Numbered from the stretch's first letter, positions 27,763 to 37,142 are shown. The stretch is 64,000 bases of DNA from a virus (IMGVR_UViG_3300046131_000022:1-64000), one strand, 5' to 3'. Numbers and translations: made by a program. The notes: generated by a model not told the origin, from the sequence alone.

Positions 27763-29188
27763 CCCTTCGTGGACAAATATTGATGAGCAAAACTTCCTAC
27801 AACCTACATCGGCTCGAATAGTTACTGCAGGGAAATATAACTGTCGGGTGATTTGGGTTCAACCATCTTCTTTAATGAGAAAAAATCAAGAGGAAATTTT
27901 AAAATGGAATCCAGATCTAAAGCCAGAACAAGTCCAACTTATTAAAGGAACCCAAAGTCAAAAGAAAAAAATATCTTTAGACCCAAATGTTCTCGTCTGG
28001 ATTATGACTGCAGAAGCTTATGCCAAACATATCTTAGACATGCGAAATAAGTTCTTTGATATTGTTCAAATTATTTGTGACGAACCACATTTATACTACC
28101 GTGGTTGGACAAGTAAAAGGACTCAAGCATTTGTTCAAGGAACCCCCGATTGGTCAAGAATTAGTTTCATGACAGCAACACCAACACCACGAGGGAAACT
28201 ACAATCGGCTTACATTTACTGCCACATGATCCAAAGAAGTTATTATCAAAGCTTTGATTTTTTCATGAAGCAACACGCTATTGTCGATGATTATGGAACA
28301 CCTTCTGAATGGATTAACCATGAGGTTTTGCAGAAATTCCTTTTACATTATTCCATTTGTTGGACGACCAAAGACATGTATGGTGATGTGGAAGAAATAA
28401 TTCTTCGTGACGTTGTTAGTATGGAGAAAAGTGTTGAAGACGTTTACCGAACATTCGAGCAAGCTGGAATTGCTGAAATTAAAGATGCGGTCTTGGAATC
28501 CAAAACAGGGGGAGTCAACAGTCTTCGAGTACGCCAAATACTGGCACATCCCCAAAAAATCTCTTTACCCAACAATTGGGACTCTAAAGGAAATCCAACA
28601 AGCTATGCTGAAGTTTCCATCTACGAAGGTGACACACCCAAAATGGAGCGAATCTTGGAGTATGCAGAAGAAGGTGAACCACTAATTATTTTTGGAACTT
28701 TTATAGCTGAAATTGAAGCCATAGCTCGATTTTTAGCTAAGAAAGGTTTCAAAGTAGGGTTAATACATGGGCAAGTTCTTCGCAGTAGACGAGACAAAAT
28801 TGACGAAGAATTTAGAGCTGGAAACCTAGATATTATCGTTGCTTCTGCAGCTACAGCAGGGGTTGGGTATAATTGGGGACATGTGAATACGGTGATTTTC
28901 CACAGTTTAAACTATGGAGACGATGAATTTTTACAGGCTGTTGCAAGAGCCAAACGAGGTGTCCGAACCGAAGTATTGAAGGTAATTTTAATTGAATACG
29001 AAAATAGTGTAGACCAATACGTTATGTGGGCAGTACATCACAACTCAAAAAGTAGTAATGCTGCAAACCCAGATAACCCTAAAATTTATTTCCCTAAAAT
29101 GGAAACAAAAAATAATTCTAATGATCTCAATGAGTTATTAAAAGAGTTCATGGAATTTAAAGAAGTTGGTGAAAAAATGATCGCTTGA
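27527..29188 (+). CDS. SF2 (SNF2-like) DNA helicase
   Basis: Motif I DRSQAGTGKT, II ICDEPH, III MTATP, V AGVGYN, VI QAVARAKR; GTG start with GGGAG SD. Confidence 0.88.
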   Translation: MANMLKEKQILTFQKLIANPRFLDRSQAGTGKTPTECCLTGYIMRIQPNQILKLLPKTNRHNQSTTIGVTKKSTSTYFNPSWTNIDEQNFLQPTSARIVTAGKYNCRVIWVQPSSLMRKNQEEILKWNPDLKPEQVQLIKGTQSQKKKISLDPNVLVWIMTAEAYAKHILDMRNKFFDIVQIICDEPHLYYRGWTSKRTQAFVQGTPDWSRISFMTATPTPRGKLQSAYIYCHMIQRSYYQSFDFFMKQHAIVDDYGTPSEWINHEVLQKFLLHYSICWTTKDMYGDVEEIILRDVVSMEKSVEDVYRTFEQAGIAEIKDAVLESKTGGVNSLRVRQILAHPQKISLPNNWDSKGNPTSYAEVSIYEGDTPKMERILEYAEEGEPLIIFGTFIAEIEAIARFLAKKGFKVGLIHGQVLRSRRDKIDEEFRAGNLDIIVASAATAGVGYNWGHVNTVIFHSLNYGDDEFLQAVARAKRGVRTEVLKVILIEYENSVDQYVMWAVHHNSKSSNAANPDNPKIYFPKMETKNNSNDLNELLKEFMEFKEVGEKMIA

Positions 29189-29208
29189 AATTGTTTTAAA
29201 TAAAGTAG

Positions 29209-29311
29209 TTGACAAGATTATCATTTTAAACCAATATGTACCACATCACTTGATAAATTGTTTTAGCGTAGTAGGTTTAGACCGAAAGACCTTAAACTAA
29301 TATCAAGTGAT
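29209..29311 (+). promoter_or_regulatory. TTGACA promoter (weak -10) and structured leader
   Basis: TTGACA 29209; 11-bp stem ATCACTTGATA 29245-29255 / TATCAAGTGAT 29301-29311 followed by T run. Confidence 0.5.
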
Positions 29312-29354
29312 TTTTTACCTAAACAGAAACCTAAATCGAAACAGAGAAAATATC

Positions 29355-30098
29355 ATGATTGATCCAGTTCAAGCAGCATTAGACGCAGCAGCAAACCAAG
29401 CGACACAAGCAGCAACTACCGAAACAGTTGAAGTAATTCAACAAGAAGCAGTAGCTCAAAATCAACAAGTCAATCAAAACACTGGCTTACAAACCGTAAA
29501 TACTTCAGTTGCTACTCACCAAGCACCTGCTTCACCATTAACAATGGATGACAGTGCGGTAACTGCAGTTTCAGGCGTAAGCAACTTCGTAAAATTACGC
29601 GACGGTGGTTTAGAACTTGACGGTGAAAAATTTGGACCAACCAAATTTAAACTAAAAATGGATGGTGTAGATAAAGGTGGTGCATACCAACCATGTTTTG
29701 CATGTAACTACAATAGTCCAGCAGGTCAAGTTTATACTCGTTCATACGATGGGGTTAAGACTGTAAGTTTAAATCCTTCACACGATGGTTTAGACTGGAA
29801 TCAAAACGTAGCTTTATGTCAAGCGAAAGATCCAAAAGCATTTACTTATACTGCTTTTGAATTAACGCTAGAGTTGGCAGAAGACACTGTTTCGGCAGAT
29901 GGAAAAACAACAATTCCTGCAGGAACAAAAATGGGGTACACCACACCATATACTGCAGCTAAAACCTTAAAAGCCCTTTGGGATAAAGCTCTTTCAGAAG
30001 GTAAACGTGGTGAAACTTTTGTCGTAGAACTTTCTGGTGAAGAAGTTAAAAACGACAAAGGTAGTTACAAAAAATTAATTTTAAAACAAGTAGATTAA
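29355..30098 (+). CDS. Abundant-type replication protein, possible ssDNA-binding protein
   Basis: Q/A/T-rich N-terminus, beta-rich core, own promoter and terminator, lies between helicase and exonuclease; function by context only. Confidence 0.45.
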   Translation: MIDPVQAALDAAANQATQAATTETVEVIQQEAVAQNQQVNQNTGLQTVNTSVATHQAPASPLTMDDSAVTAVSGVSNFVKLRDGGLELDGEKFGPTKFKLKMDGVDKGGAYQPCFACNYNSPAGQVYTRSYDGVKTVSLNPSHDGLDWNQNVALCQAKDPKAFTYTAFELTLELAEDTVSADGKTTIPAGTKMGYTTPYTAAKTLKALWDKALSEGKRGETFVVELSGEEVKNDKGSYKKLILKQVD

Positions 30099-30117
30099 TT
30101 TGTTTTAGAATAAGAAC

Positions 30118-30148
30118 AAATCCTCAGTCGAAAGACTGAGGATTTTTT
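30118..30148 (+). terminator. Intrinsic terminator
   Basis: AAATCCTCAGTC-gaaa-GACTGAGGATTT plus T run. Confidence 0.85.
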
Positions 30149-30168
30149 AATTAAATAGGAAAAAGCAA

Positions 30169-30624
30169 ATGATAGAAAAAATTAAAGTGAACCACCTTCA
30201 AGATATAAAACCCACCACAGATAGTTTGGAAACTTTAGTTTTTGCACATTATAGGGTTTTAGATCGTAAAAGTCCAAGACCAAGTATAATTTTTATAGAT
30301 TTTCAAGGGAAAATAATCCAAACTTGGTCTTTAAGATCCGAAAGTCTTATAGATAGATTAATCCCATCAATAATTTTAAGATTAAGTAAATTAAGACAAG
30401 AAGAAAATTTAAAGAAACAATGGGTTTGTGATAATAAACAGGCAGATAAACTAAATAAAATTTATACTGAAAGTGATATAGATTGGGCAGCAAAATGTAC
30501 TGAAAGTGATATAGATTGGGAAGCAAAATATGTTGGATTAGTAACGGAAATCTTGGAAAAGCAACATAATTTGAAAGGTTTGTATCAACTAATTGAACGA
30601 TTAGAAAACGAAAGAGGGTGTTAA
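30169..30624 (+). CDS. Hypothetical protein with internal 33-bp tandem duplication
   Basis: YTESDIDWAAK / CTESDIDWEAK at 30463-30528. Confidence 0.7.
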   Translation: MIEKIKVNHLQDIKPTTDSLETLVFAHYRVLDRKSPRPSIIFIDFQGKIIQTWSLRSESLIDRLIPSIILRLSKLRQEENLKKQWVCDNKQADKLNKIYTESDIDWAAKCTESDIDWEAKYVGLVTEILEKQHNLKGLYQLIERLENERGC

Positions 30625-30627
30625 AAT

Positions 30628-31440
30628 ATGAAACCTATTAAAGTTCGCTTAATCGACGGAAACAATCAATTCCTCATCAATTATGCTAAAGCCACAAGTT
30701 ACCAAGACCTAGTTAGACGCTGTGAGCAACTACACTTTGGTTTTGATGCCGTATACTGGACATGGGATGGTTTCGATTCTCGTGCTAAAAGACGAGAAAT
30801 CTTCCTTGGGTATAAGAATACAAAATCTCGTGAAAAGAGTAAGCAAGACACAACTAAATATGATTTGATGAATCAGTTTAAAAAACAAGATTTACCAAAC
30901 ATCGGTGGGGTCTACTCAATAGATATTCCAAAAACAGAAGCAGATGATATTATTCGATCATTAGTTCGTCTTTTAAAAGAAACTAATGGAGACAATATCT
31001 TAATAGAAATTGCATCTAATGATGCTGATTTATTCGACTTAACCAGTATTAGCGGTGTCAGTCAACCACAAAGTAAACTGCCAAAAAACTGTGGTAAGCC
31101 CGAAGATATTCCATTATATAAAACACTTGTGGGTGATTCTGGGGATAACATTAAAGGATTACCAGGTTTTGGTGAATCAACATGGTCTAAACTAACACCG
31201 TTGGAAAAGGAATGGATTCAACATGCTTTAGAAATTGAAAAAACTGGTTTCGCAATTCCTGAAGCTGTTTTCAATCAAAACCCAAAATTATTCCAAAAAA
31301 TATTGGATAATTGGGCAACCATAAAAATGTGTTATTCTCTAGTCAACCCTATTTGGGTGACTAACCAAGAATTGTTTATGAACCTAAAAAAGTACCCTAA
31401 AGTTTTAAAAACCAACGGTACTAAAATGACGATGGATTAA
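30628..31440 (+). CDS. 5'-3' exonuclease / flap endonuclease (T5 D15 / PolI N-domain-like)
   Basis: LIDGNN, EADDII, SNDADL, LVGDSGDNIKGLPGFG. Confidence 0.9.
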   Translation: MKPIKVRLIDGNNQFLINYAKATSYQDLVRRCEQLHFGFDAVYWTWDGFDSRAKRREIFLGYKNTKSREKSKQDTTKYDLMNQFKKQDLPNIGGVYSIDIPKTEADDIIRSLVRLLKETNGDNILIEIASNDADLFDLTSISGVSQPQSKLPKNCGKPEDIPLYKTLVGDSGDNIKGLPGFGESTWSKLTPLEKEWIQHALEIEKTGFAIPEAVFNQNPKLFQKILDNWATIKMCYSLVNPIWVTNQELFMNLKKYPKVLKTNGTKMTMD

Positions 31441-31443
31441 GTT

Positions 31444-31851
31444 ATGACTGTTACCTACAATGGCTCAAATAAAAAAGAGTTAAAAATTGATGGTGTTTTA
31501 GCTTTAAAAGCAGCAAATGGTGAAGGTGAATCAATCATTACTGAAATATATAAATTCAGTAAGGGTGAAAAAACAACCACACCGAAACACATGTTTTTAG
31601 TTGAAAAACAAAAAGCATGGTTGAGCACAAGTAAAAACACTGTTGTTATTTTTGATGTTTCTAATGATCAAAAAACTTCTTTGGCAGCTACCAAATTGGT
31701 GAAAGATTATTTAGCTCAAGAAAATGCTAAAGAATTCAGCACCACAACAGGTGGAATCACAACAACAGATTCAGGCGTAGCCTTAGCCACAGACACAGGC
31801 AAGGCTTTACAATTACATGAATCGAAAGAGAAGAATGTAAGTAAAAAGTAA
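31444..31851 (+). CDS. Hypothetical protein
   Basis: 135 aa. Confidence 0.65.
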   Translation: MTVTYNGSNKKELKIDGVLALKAANGEGESIITEIYKFSKGEKTTTPKHMFLVEKQKAWLSTSKNTVVIFDVSNDQKTSLAATKLVKDYLAQENAKEFSTTTGGITTTDSGVALATDTGKALQLHESKEKNVSKK

Positions 31852-31872
31852 ATAGCTTGAAGCACTTAAAAT

Positions 31873-31902
31873 TGATAAGATACCTCACAAACAGTGAGGT
31901 AT
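31873..31902 (+). promoter_or_regulatory. Extended -10 promoter overlapping an SD-sequestering hairpin
   Basis: TG-A-TAAGAT 31873-31881; stem ATACCTCAC/GTGAGGTAT contains GAGG SD. Confidence 0.6.
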
Positions 31903-31906
31903 TTTT

Positions 31907-34900
31907 ATGTCTGAACAACAAGTAGAAATTTTCGCAAGAAAATTAAAGGATTTAAACGTACCAATGGATATTGGTGCTGACCCAAACGCTTTTTCACAAG
32001 TGAAAATAGCAACAGGAAATATGCCAGAAGGGTTTTCAACTTTTGAAGGTTTATATTTAATTCACATTATTCAAATTCTATCTAAAATTTCAGATAAGTA
32101 TTTCGAACCAATGCAGCAAGAAGAATTTGAATTACGATTAGCTGAATTAATGGCAGATTTTCAAGCTAAAGCTGACGATATTGTGGCTCAAGGTTTCTAT
32201 AAAACTTATGCAAAAGAGGTTGATCTTTTAGCACAAAAACCAACGGTTGAAAATTTATATGCCAAAGCTATAGATACAGCAAAGGTTTGGTTCTGGCAAA
32301 GAACAAGTGCTGCAGAAGTTACGCCAGTAACAGGTACTTGGACTGACACTGGTTTATCCGAATTGGACCAAGCAAAAATCTATGCTGATCAAGGCATCAA
32401 AGAATATGTGACTTATCAAAATTATATTGGTCCAGTTCAAGTTCTGAGAAATGGTACAATTTGGGAATTACCTGCAGGTCAAACCGCGAATGGCACAGAA
32501 CCTGAAGCACCAGGTGTAGATGCACGTTGGATCAATAAACTTGTACCTCGACTTTATAAAAATTTAGATGAGACGTTCAATACTTATGCGACTTTAGATA
32601 GTGTGAATCAGTTTGATATTAATCGTGTGTACTCTCGACTACTTGATGACTCAATTAAAAAAATCTCATTAGTAGGCAAAGACGTTGATAAATATACTTT
32701 TGCTCATTTACGACAGTTTTATTTGAAAAAGACAAGCACGGGTGTCACTGTAAATATCATTATTGCTTTGACAAACAATACATCTGACTCAGATACAGCA
32801 AATGACATTGAATTTAAGTTATACGGGAATCCTGAACATGTACCTGATTCATCTGGTCACATCAAAGTTTACAGTAATTCATCTATTCAACAGCTTGAAT
32901 TAGTACTTGATGTCTCTAAATATCAAGCAGATATTCAGTATGGTTTTGTGCAAGGCTCTAAGAAAAACGGTTTAATGAATATTTCTGCTTTTAACTATGT
33001 TGAGCAAAAATATTGTTATGCAAATATCACTGATGAAGTATCTCCGCAACGTGGAAACCCTTTTGCTTTAGCTCGTTCACTGCAAAATGTGACGATTCTG
33101 GGTGATTTCACAAATAAAAAATTACAGTTCACTCGACTTGAAAAAACAGCAAGTGCAGTAATTTTAGATTTAACAGTCAATGATTATGTGCTGAATACAA
33201 ATGTCGTCCTACGAAAATCGTACACTCATGCAGAATTTACAGGTCTTTTAAATGTAAGTGCATGGGCGGTAAGCGGAGCGAATAGTACACGATTAAACTA
33301 TGGCGTAGCTGCAACAATAGATGCAGCATACTTAAATCAGCATTTTAAAAATCGTGCGACATGGAAAATACTTCCGATCGTTGCAACACAACCAATTTCT
33401 AACATTTCGTATGTGACTGAAATCCGCTTGCTTGATCAGTACGATTTTCCGAGCGGCGGTTACTGTGACTATCGCGGTTTTTATTCAGAGACGGCAGGCT
33501 ACAGACGCATGAGCGCAGGTGTGAAAATCCCAGAAGGTGCTGTATCAATCAAAGCGACAGGTGGTTTTGATAAAAATGCAAACATACTTTTTGGCGACTC
33601 GACAGGGCGCCTAATTCAGTACGGTTATGCTTGGAAAGATGCTGATGGGTTAACGAAGTATAGCGGTGATGAAATCAAAACTTCACTAGAAGTTGCGATT
33701 CCTGCGGGCGCACACTATCTTCATATGGCTACGCTTTCTGCAAACTTAGCAACAACAACATTGAATGTCATTGGTGATTTCAAGTACACGAAAAAGACTG
33801 ATTTCAAAAGCATTCAGGAGGTCTTGGTTGATAAAACCAAACCCGATGGACTATATACAGCTCAAAAGTACATGTTCCGCAAAAACGGTAATTTAATCAA
33901 CAATGTGCAAGTCATTGATGGTACAGATTTAGCAAAAGCCGACACATACTCTGCAAGCGCATTAATTAAAGGTAGCGGTTTTGGTCAATTGGTGTTTTAT
34001 AAAAATGGTAAATACTACTTTTATAACGGCAGCACACGTGAAATCTACATCGAAGAAAACGGCGTAAAAACTGTTTTAACAAACCCATCTATGCATCCTG
34101 TCGCTTGGGAATTTGGTATTAATCAAGGTCAAGGTCGAACAGTGCTTGAAGTGCTAGATGATGATTCAATTCTGTTTTGTATGCTTGAAAGCATTGTTGG
34201 TGATCAGCGTTATTCGCTTTGGAAAATGAAAGTCGGTCAAGTCCCAAAACGTTGCTTTATTTATTCACATGATACTTACACTGATACAACTTCTGCTGTG
34301 AAATTTGCAAATGGCTGTCCGCTGGGCGAGTGGTCTTTTAGCTATGCACGTGGGTTAATTTTTGCGACAGAATACGGGGCAGGGACGTCAAAATGGTGGT
34401 ACGAGTACGGTGAAAGCGGTGGTAATGGTCGTGGTGTATCTTCAAAAATGTGGGTGTCGAAAGACCAAGGTGAAACTTGGTATTTGTGCTTAAATTTGAA
34501 TGAGTTGAAAGACGCAGCGCAGGGCGAAGCTGATACAAACTGGAAGTATTTCGATAGCACATACAACAAGAATATGAGTCATATTCATTGTGTTAAGTAT
34601 GATAGTTATGCTGATCGTATCTATGTCACGAATGGCGATAGTGTTGGAATGCTTATTTCATTGTCAGTTGATGAAATTAAGAACTGGTTGACTACTGCAA
34701 CACCTGTTGTTGCTGATGCAGTGCTAAATCCAAATATTGCAACAGGTTTGAATTGGAACGCAGTGAAGCTCAATAGCTGGCAATGGCATTCAAACATTAA
34801 CTATCACTGTATGCGCCAGCAACACACCGCACTTTATCCGATCGAGAAATGCTTACTTATGGGTCATGATGCAGCACGAGAGTTCATGTACATTGCTCAT

Positions 34901-35272
34901 CGGGATGGCATTTTAAGTGAAAGCACACTGAATATTGAGCCATCGTATAACTGGGAGTTCAGATCTGACTTTAACGCTCAGTGGGAATTTTTCGACAGTC
35001 AGACGCGCACAGATGGTTTCGTCATGTCGATGACTCGTCGTAATAAGACCGAGCCGATCTTAATATTTCACTCAGCATCAGGCAAAAACTGTCGAGTGTG
35101 GGCAACGTACAACGGTGTCAATCATCGTAAAGTCTTTGAGAGTGAGCTAAAAGAAATTCAGTTTGGATGTCGAGTGTTTTTCGATGAAAGTGGCAATATT
35201 TTGCTATCAAGCGGAGCGAGTGCAAGCTCAAATGAAAGCGGATATTTCAAGCTAAGCATTGATCGAATTTAA
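31907..35272 (+). CDS. Tail spike / receptor-binding protein with C-terminal beta-propeller
   Basis: 1121 aa; N-terminal virion-anchor-like segment (WTDTGLSELDQAK); Asp-box-like SKDQGETW and HIHCVKYD..ADRIYVTNGD propeller blades. Confidence 0.65.
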   Translation: MSEQQVEIFARKLKDLNVPMDIGADPNAFSQVKIATGNMPEGFSTFEGLYLIHIIQILSKISDKYFEPMQQEEFELRLAELMADFQAKADDIVAQGFYKTYAKEVDLLAQKPTVENLYAKAIDTAKVWFWQRTSAAEVTPVTGTWTDTGLSELDQAKIYADQGIKEYVTYQNYIGPVQVLRNGTIWELPAGQTANGTEPEAPGVDARWINKLVPRLYKNLDETFNTYATLDSVNQFDINRVYSRLLDDSIKKISLVGKDVDKYTFAHLRQFYLKKTSTGVTVNIIIALTNNTSDSDTANDIEFKLYGNPEHVPDSSGHIKVYSNSSIQQLELVLDVSKYQADIQYGFVQGSKKNGLMNISAFNYVEQKYCYANITDEVSPQRGNPFALARSLQNVTILGDFTNKKLQFTRLEKTASAVILDLTVNDYVLNTNVVLRKSYTHAEFTGLLNVSAWAVSGANSTRLNYGVAATIDAAYLNQHFKNRATWKILPIVATQPISNISYVTEIRLLDQYDFPSGGYCDYRGFYSETAGYRRMSAGVKIPEGAVSIKATGGFDKNANILFGDSTGRLIQYGYAWKDADGLTKYSGDEIKTSLEVAIPAGAHYLHMATLSANLATTTLNVIGDFKYTKKTDFKSIQEVLVDKTKPDGLYTAQKYMFRKNGNLINNVQVIDGTDLAKADTYSASALIKGSGFGQLVFYKNGKYYFYNGSTREIYIEENGVKTVLTNPSMHPVAWEFGINQGQGRTVLEVLDDDSILFCMLESIVGDQRYSLWKMKVGQVPKRCFIYSHDTYTDTTSAVKFANGCPLGEWSFSYARGLIFATEYGAGTSKWWYEYGESGGNGRGVSSKMWVSKDQGETWYLCLNLNELKDAAQGEADTNWKYFDSTYNKNMSHIHCVKYDSYADRIYVTNGDSVGMLISLSVDEIKNWLTTATPVVADAVLNPNIATGLNWNAVKLNSWQWHSNINYHCMRQQHTALYPIEKCLLMGHDAAREFMYIAHRDGILSESTLNIEPSYNWEFRSDFNAQWEFFDSQTRTDGFVMSMTRRNKTEPILIFHSASGKNCRVWATYNGVNHRKVFESELKEIQFGCRVFFDESGNILLSSGASASSNESGYFKLSIDRI

Positions 35273-35300
35273 ACAAGAAGCCCCAACATCAACACTAAAT

Positions 35301-35340
35301 TTATTAAAAATCAAAATTATTAAAAAACAGAATTATTAAA
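35301..35340 (+). repeat. Three TTATTAAA boxes at 16-bp period
   Basis: 35301, 35317, 35333, directly upstream of the holin promoter. Confidence 0.7.
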
Positions 35341-35356
35341 CTAAAAGCATATTAAA

Positions 35357-35390
35357 TGTTATTATTCCCCTGAACAATCAGGGGAATAAT
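35357..35390 (+). promoter_or_regulatory. Extended -10 promoter overlapping an SD-sequestering hairpin
   Basis: TG-T-TATTAT 35357-35365; 13-bp stem 35361-35373/35378-35390 contains GGGGA SD. Confidence 0.6.
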
Positions 35391-35393
35391 TTT

Positions 35394-35831
35394 ATGAAGT
35401 TTTTAGAAAAAATAAAAACTTTTAAATATACTTTTATTGGTTTTATCATCACTTATCTAAGTATAGTGTTGTTTTCACACACAGCTTTTGCTCAAACAAG
35501 TACACAATCAACTGAATTTGTTTTGTTTTATAAAAATGAGTTTACATTTTTATTGTGCGTAATAACTCTAATATTAGGATCATGGTTGGGTGTTAAATTA
35601 CCAACCATAAGTGGGGAACAAGAACTAGATAAAAGTATAAAGTTTGTAACAGCTCTATTAGGTGGAGTTTTAGCGTTTATTTATTGTTTACAAAAAGATA
35701 AAGCTTTAACCCTAATGAACCCATTTTGGATCGCAGTGGCTAGTGTTACGCTACCACTAACAATCTTAACTTTACGTGATAAAGTTTTAGCGTATGCTAA
35801 AAGTATAAAGTTCACAAAAAATGGTGAATAA
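35394..35831 (+). CDS. Holin-like membrane protein
   Basis: Signal-peptide-like N-terminus (TAFA-Q) plus 3 TM and basic C-terminus, upstream of endolysin. Confidence 0.65.
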   Translation: MKFLEKIKTFKYTFIGFIITYLSIVLFSHTAFAQTSTQSTEFVLFYKNEFTFLLCVITLILGSWLGVKLPTISGEQELDKSIKFVTALLGGVLAFIYCLQKDKALTLMNPFWIAVASVTLPLTILTLRDKVLAYAKSIKFTKNGE

Positions 35832-36105
35832 TATGCAAATAACTTTTTATACTATTCTTTGGGCATTGTTAGCTCTTTGTAGTGTTACAGGAATTTATTT
35901 CTTCAATAAAAAAAGAACATTTATGACTTTCTTAACTTCCAGAAAGTATTTGCTTCTTTTCATTGTTGCATCCCTATTCGGTATGCGCCAAAGTTATTGG
36001 GTAGCCTTCATATTTATGGGTATAGCCTTGTTCTTAATGTGCTTGGACTACAAACCATATATAGAAACTTGTAGGAGATTGAAGAAATTTCAAGAGAATA
36101 AATAA
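35821..36105 (+). CDS. Second lysis membrane protein (holin/antiholin candidate)
   Basis: 94 aa, 3 hydrophobic segments, basic tail, between holin and endolysin. Confidence 0.6.
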   Translation: MVNNMQITFYTILWALLALCSVTGIYFFNKKRTFMTFLTSRKYLLLFIVASLFGMRQSYWVAFIFMGIALFLMCLDYKPYIETCRRLKKFQENK

Positions 36106-36125
36106 AAGATATTTGTATATTAAAC

Positions 36126-36159
36126 TGCTAAGATAATCCTCAACATTGTTGAGGATTAT
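36126..36159 (+). promoter_or_regulatory. Extended -10 promoter overlapping an SD-sequestering hairpin
   Basis: TG-C-TAAGAT 36126-36134; 12-bp stem 36133-36144/36148-36159 contains GAGGA SD. Confidence 0.6.
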
Positions 36160-36163
36160 TTTT

Positions 36164-36904
36164 ATGTCTAAAAAAACACGTATTGACTTCCAAAAATGGT
36201 TAATAGCTAAAGGTTGTTTTATAGGTAACTCTGGAGCAGACGGAACCATTGGTAAAGAAACTAAACAAGCTACATACAATATTTTTTTTGAATTGAAAGC
36301 AAAAGCAATCACAAACCAAGAATTGGAAAAAATTGCACAAACCATCGGTGACACAACAGGAACAGCTCGTATTCGTGCTGTTGCAGAAGTGGAGTCAAAC
36401 GGTGGCGGTTGGTTAAATTCAGGACATGTAAAAATATTGTATGAACGTCACAAGTTTTGGAAATACAATGATGATAGTTCAGCCCCAAAATCTACTTTCT
36501 TTAATTACCCAGAAGGGGGGAATTACACTATAGATGCCAACAACAACGATATAAACGATTCATGGGAAAAGTTATTAAGAGCCTGTGAATATGATCCTAT
36601 GGGTGCATTTATGTCCGTTTCTATGGGTAAATTTCAAGTAATGGGTTTCCATTATAAGGATATGGGTTTTGAAACACCTTGGGACATGATGTTTTCTCTA
36701 GTTTCTAATGAGTTTAATCACTACCAATTATTGGCTAAATTTATTCAAAATAACAATTTAAAAAATGCTTTCTTGAAAATAAATGCAGACTCAGAAAATT
36801 GTCGGGCTTTCGCTAAAGGTTATAATGGTAGCGGTTATACCAGAAATCATTATCATATTAAAATCGCCTTGGCATTTTTAAAATTTAAAAAGGCAGGTTA
36901 CTAA
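36164..36904 (+). CDS. Endolysin, N-acetylmuramidase (DUF3380) with N-terminal peptidoglycan-binding segment
   Basis: AVAEVESNG, ILYERHKF, SMGKFQVMGFHY, FAKGYNG; ADG..GKET in N-terminus. Confidence 0.9.
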   Translation: MSKKTRIDFQKWLIAKGCFIGNSGADGTIGKETKQATYNIFFELKAKAITNQELEKIAQTIGDTTGTARIRAVAEVESNGGGWLNSGHVKILYERHKFWKYNDDSSAPKSTFFNYPEGGNYTIDANNNDINDSWEKLLRACEYDPMGAFMSVSMGKFQVMGFHYKDMGFETPWDMMFSLVSNEFNHYQLLAKFIQNNNLKNAFLKINADSENCRAFAKGYNGSGYTRNHYHIKIALAFLKFKKAGY

Positions 36905-36952
36905 ATGAAAAGTATTTTTTACTTTGAACTGGAAGGTTGGGACGATTAAATT

Positions 36953-37063
36953 ATGAACAAACGAGAGGTTTTAGTTGATGTAGCTAAGGCTTTGATTCAA
37001 TTAAGTATTTATTTGATTGATAAGCGACAAAAACGCAAAGAGGAAAAAGAAAATGAAAAGTAG
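36953..37063 (+). CDS. 36-aa amphipathic peptide (below ORF-track cut-off)
   Basis: MNKREVLVDVAKALIQLSIYLIDKRQKRKEEKENEK; follows endolysin; SD weak. Confidence 0.4.
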   Translation: MNKREVLVDVAKALIQLSIYLIDKRQKRKEEKENEK

Positions 37064-37104
37064 TGTTGACGAACGTTGGGACTTATAATAATCTTAGTCT
37101 CATG

Positions 37105-37142
37105 AAGTCGAACTACTGAGAAATCAGTAGTTCGATTTTCTT
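37105..37142 (+). terminator. Terminator-like hairpin after lysis cassette
   Basis: TCGAACTACTGA-gaaa-TCAGTAGTTCGA then TTTTCTT. Confidence 0.7.

Noticed and set aside
36905-36949. 14-codon ORF MKSIFYFELEGWDD after endolysin
   Set aside because: Too short to support without expression data
37066-37089. Sigma70 promoter TTGACG...TATAAT for the RNA island
   Set aside because: Spacer is 12 nt, too short; the -10 alone may still function
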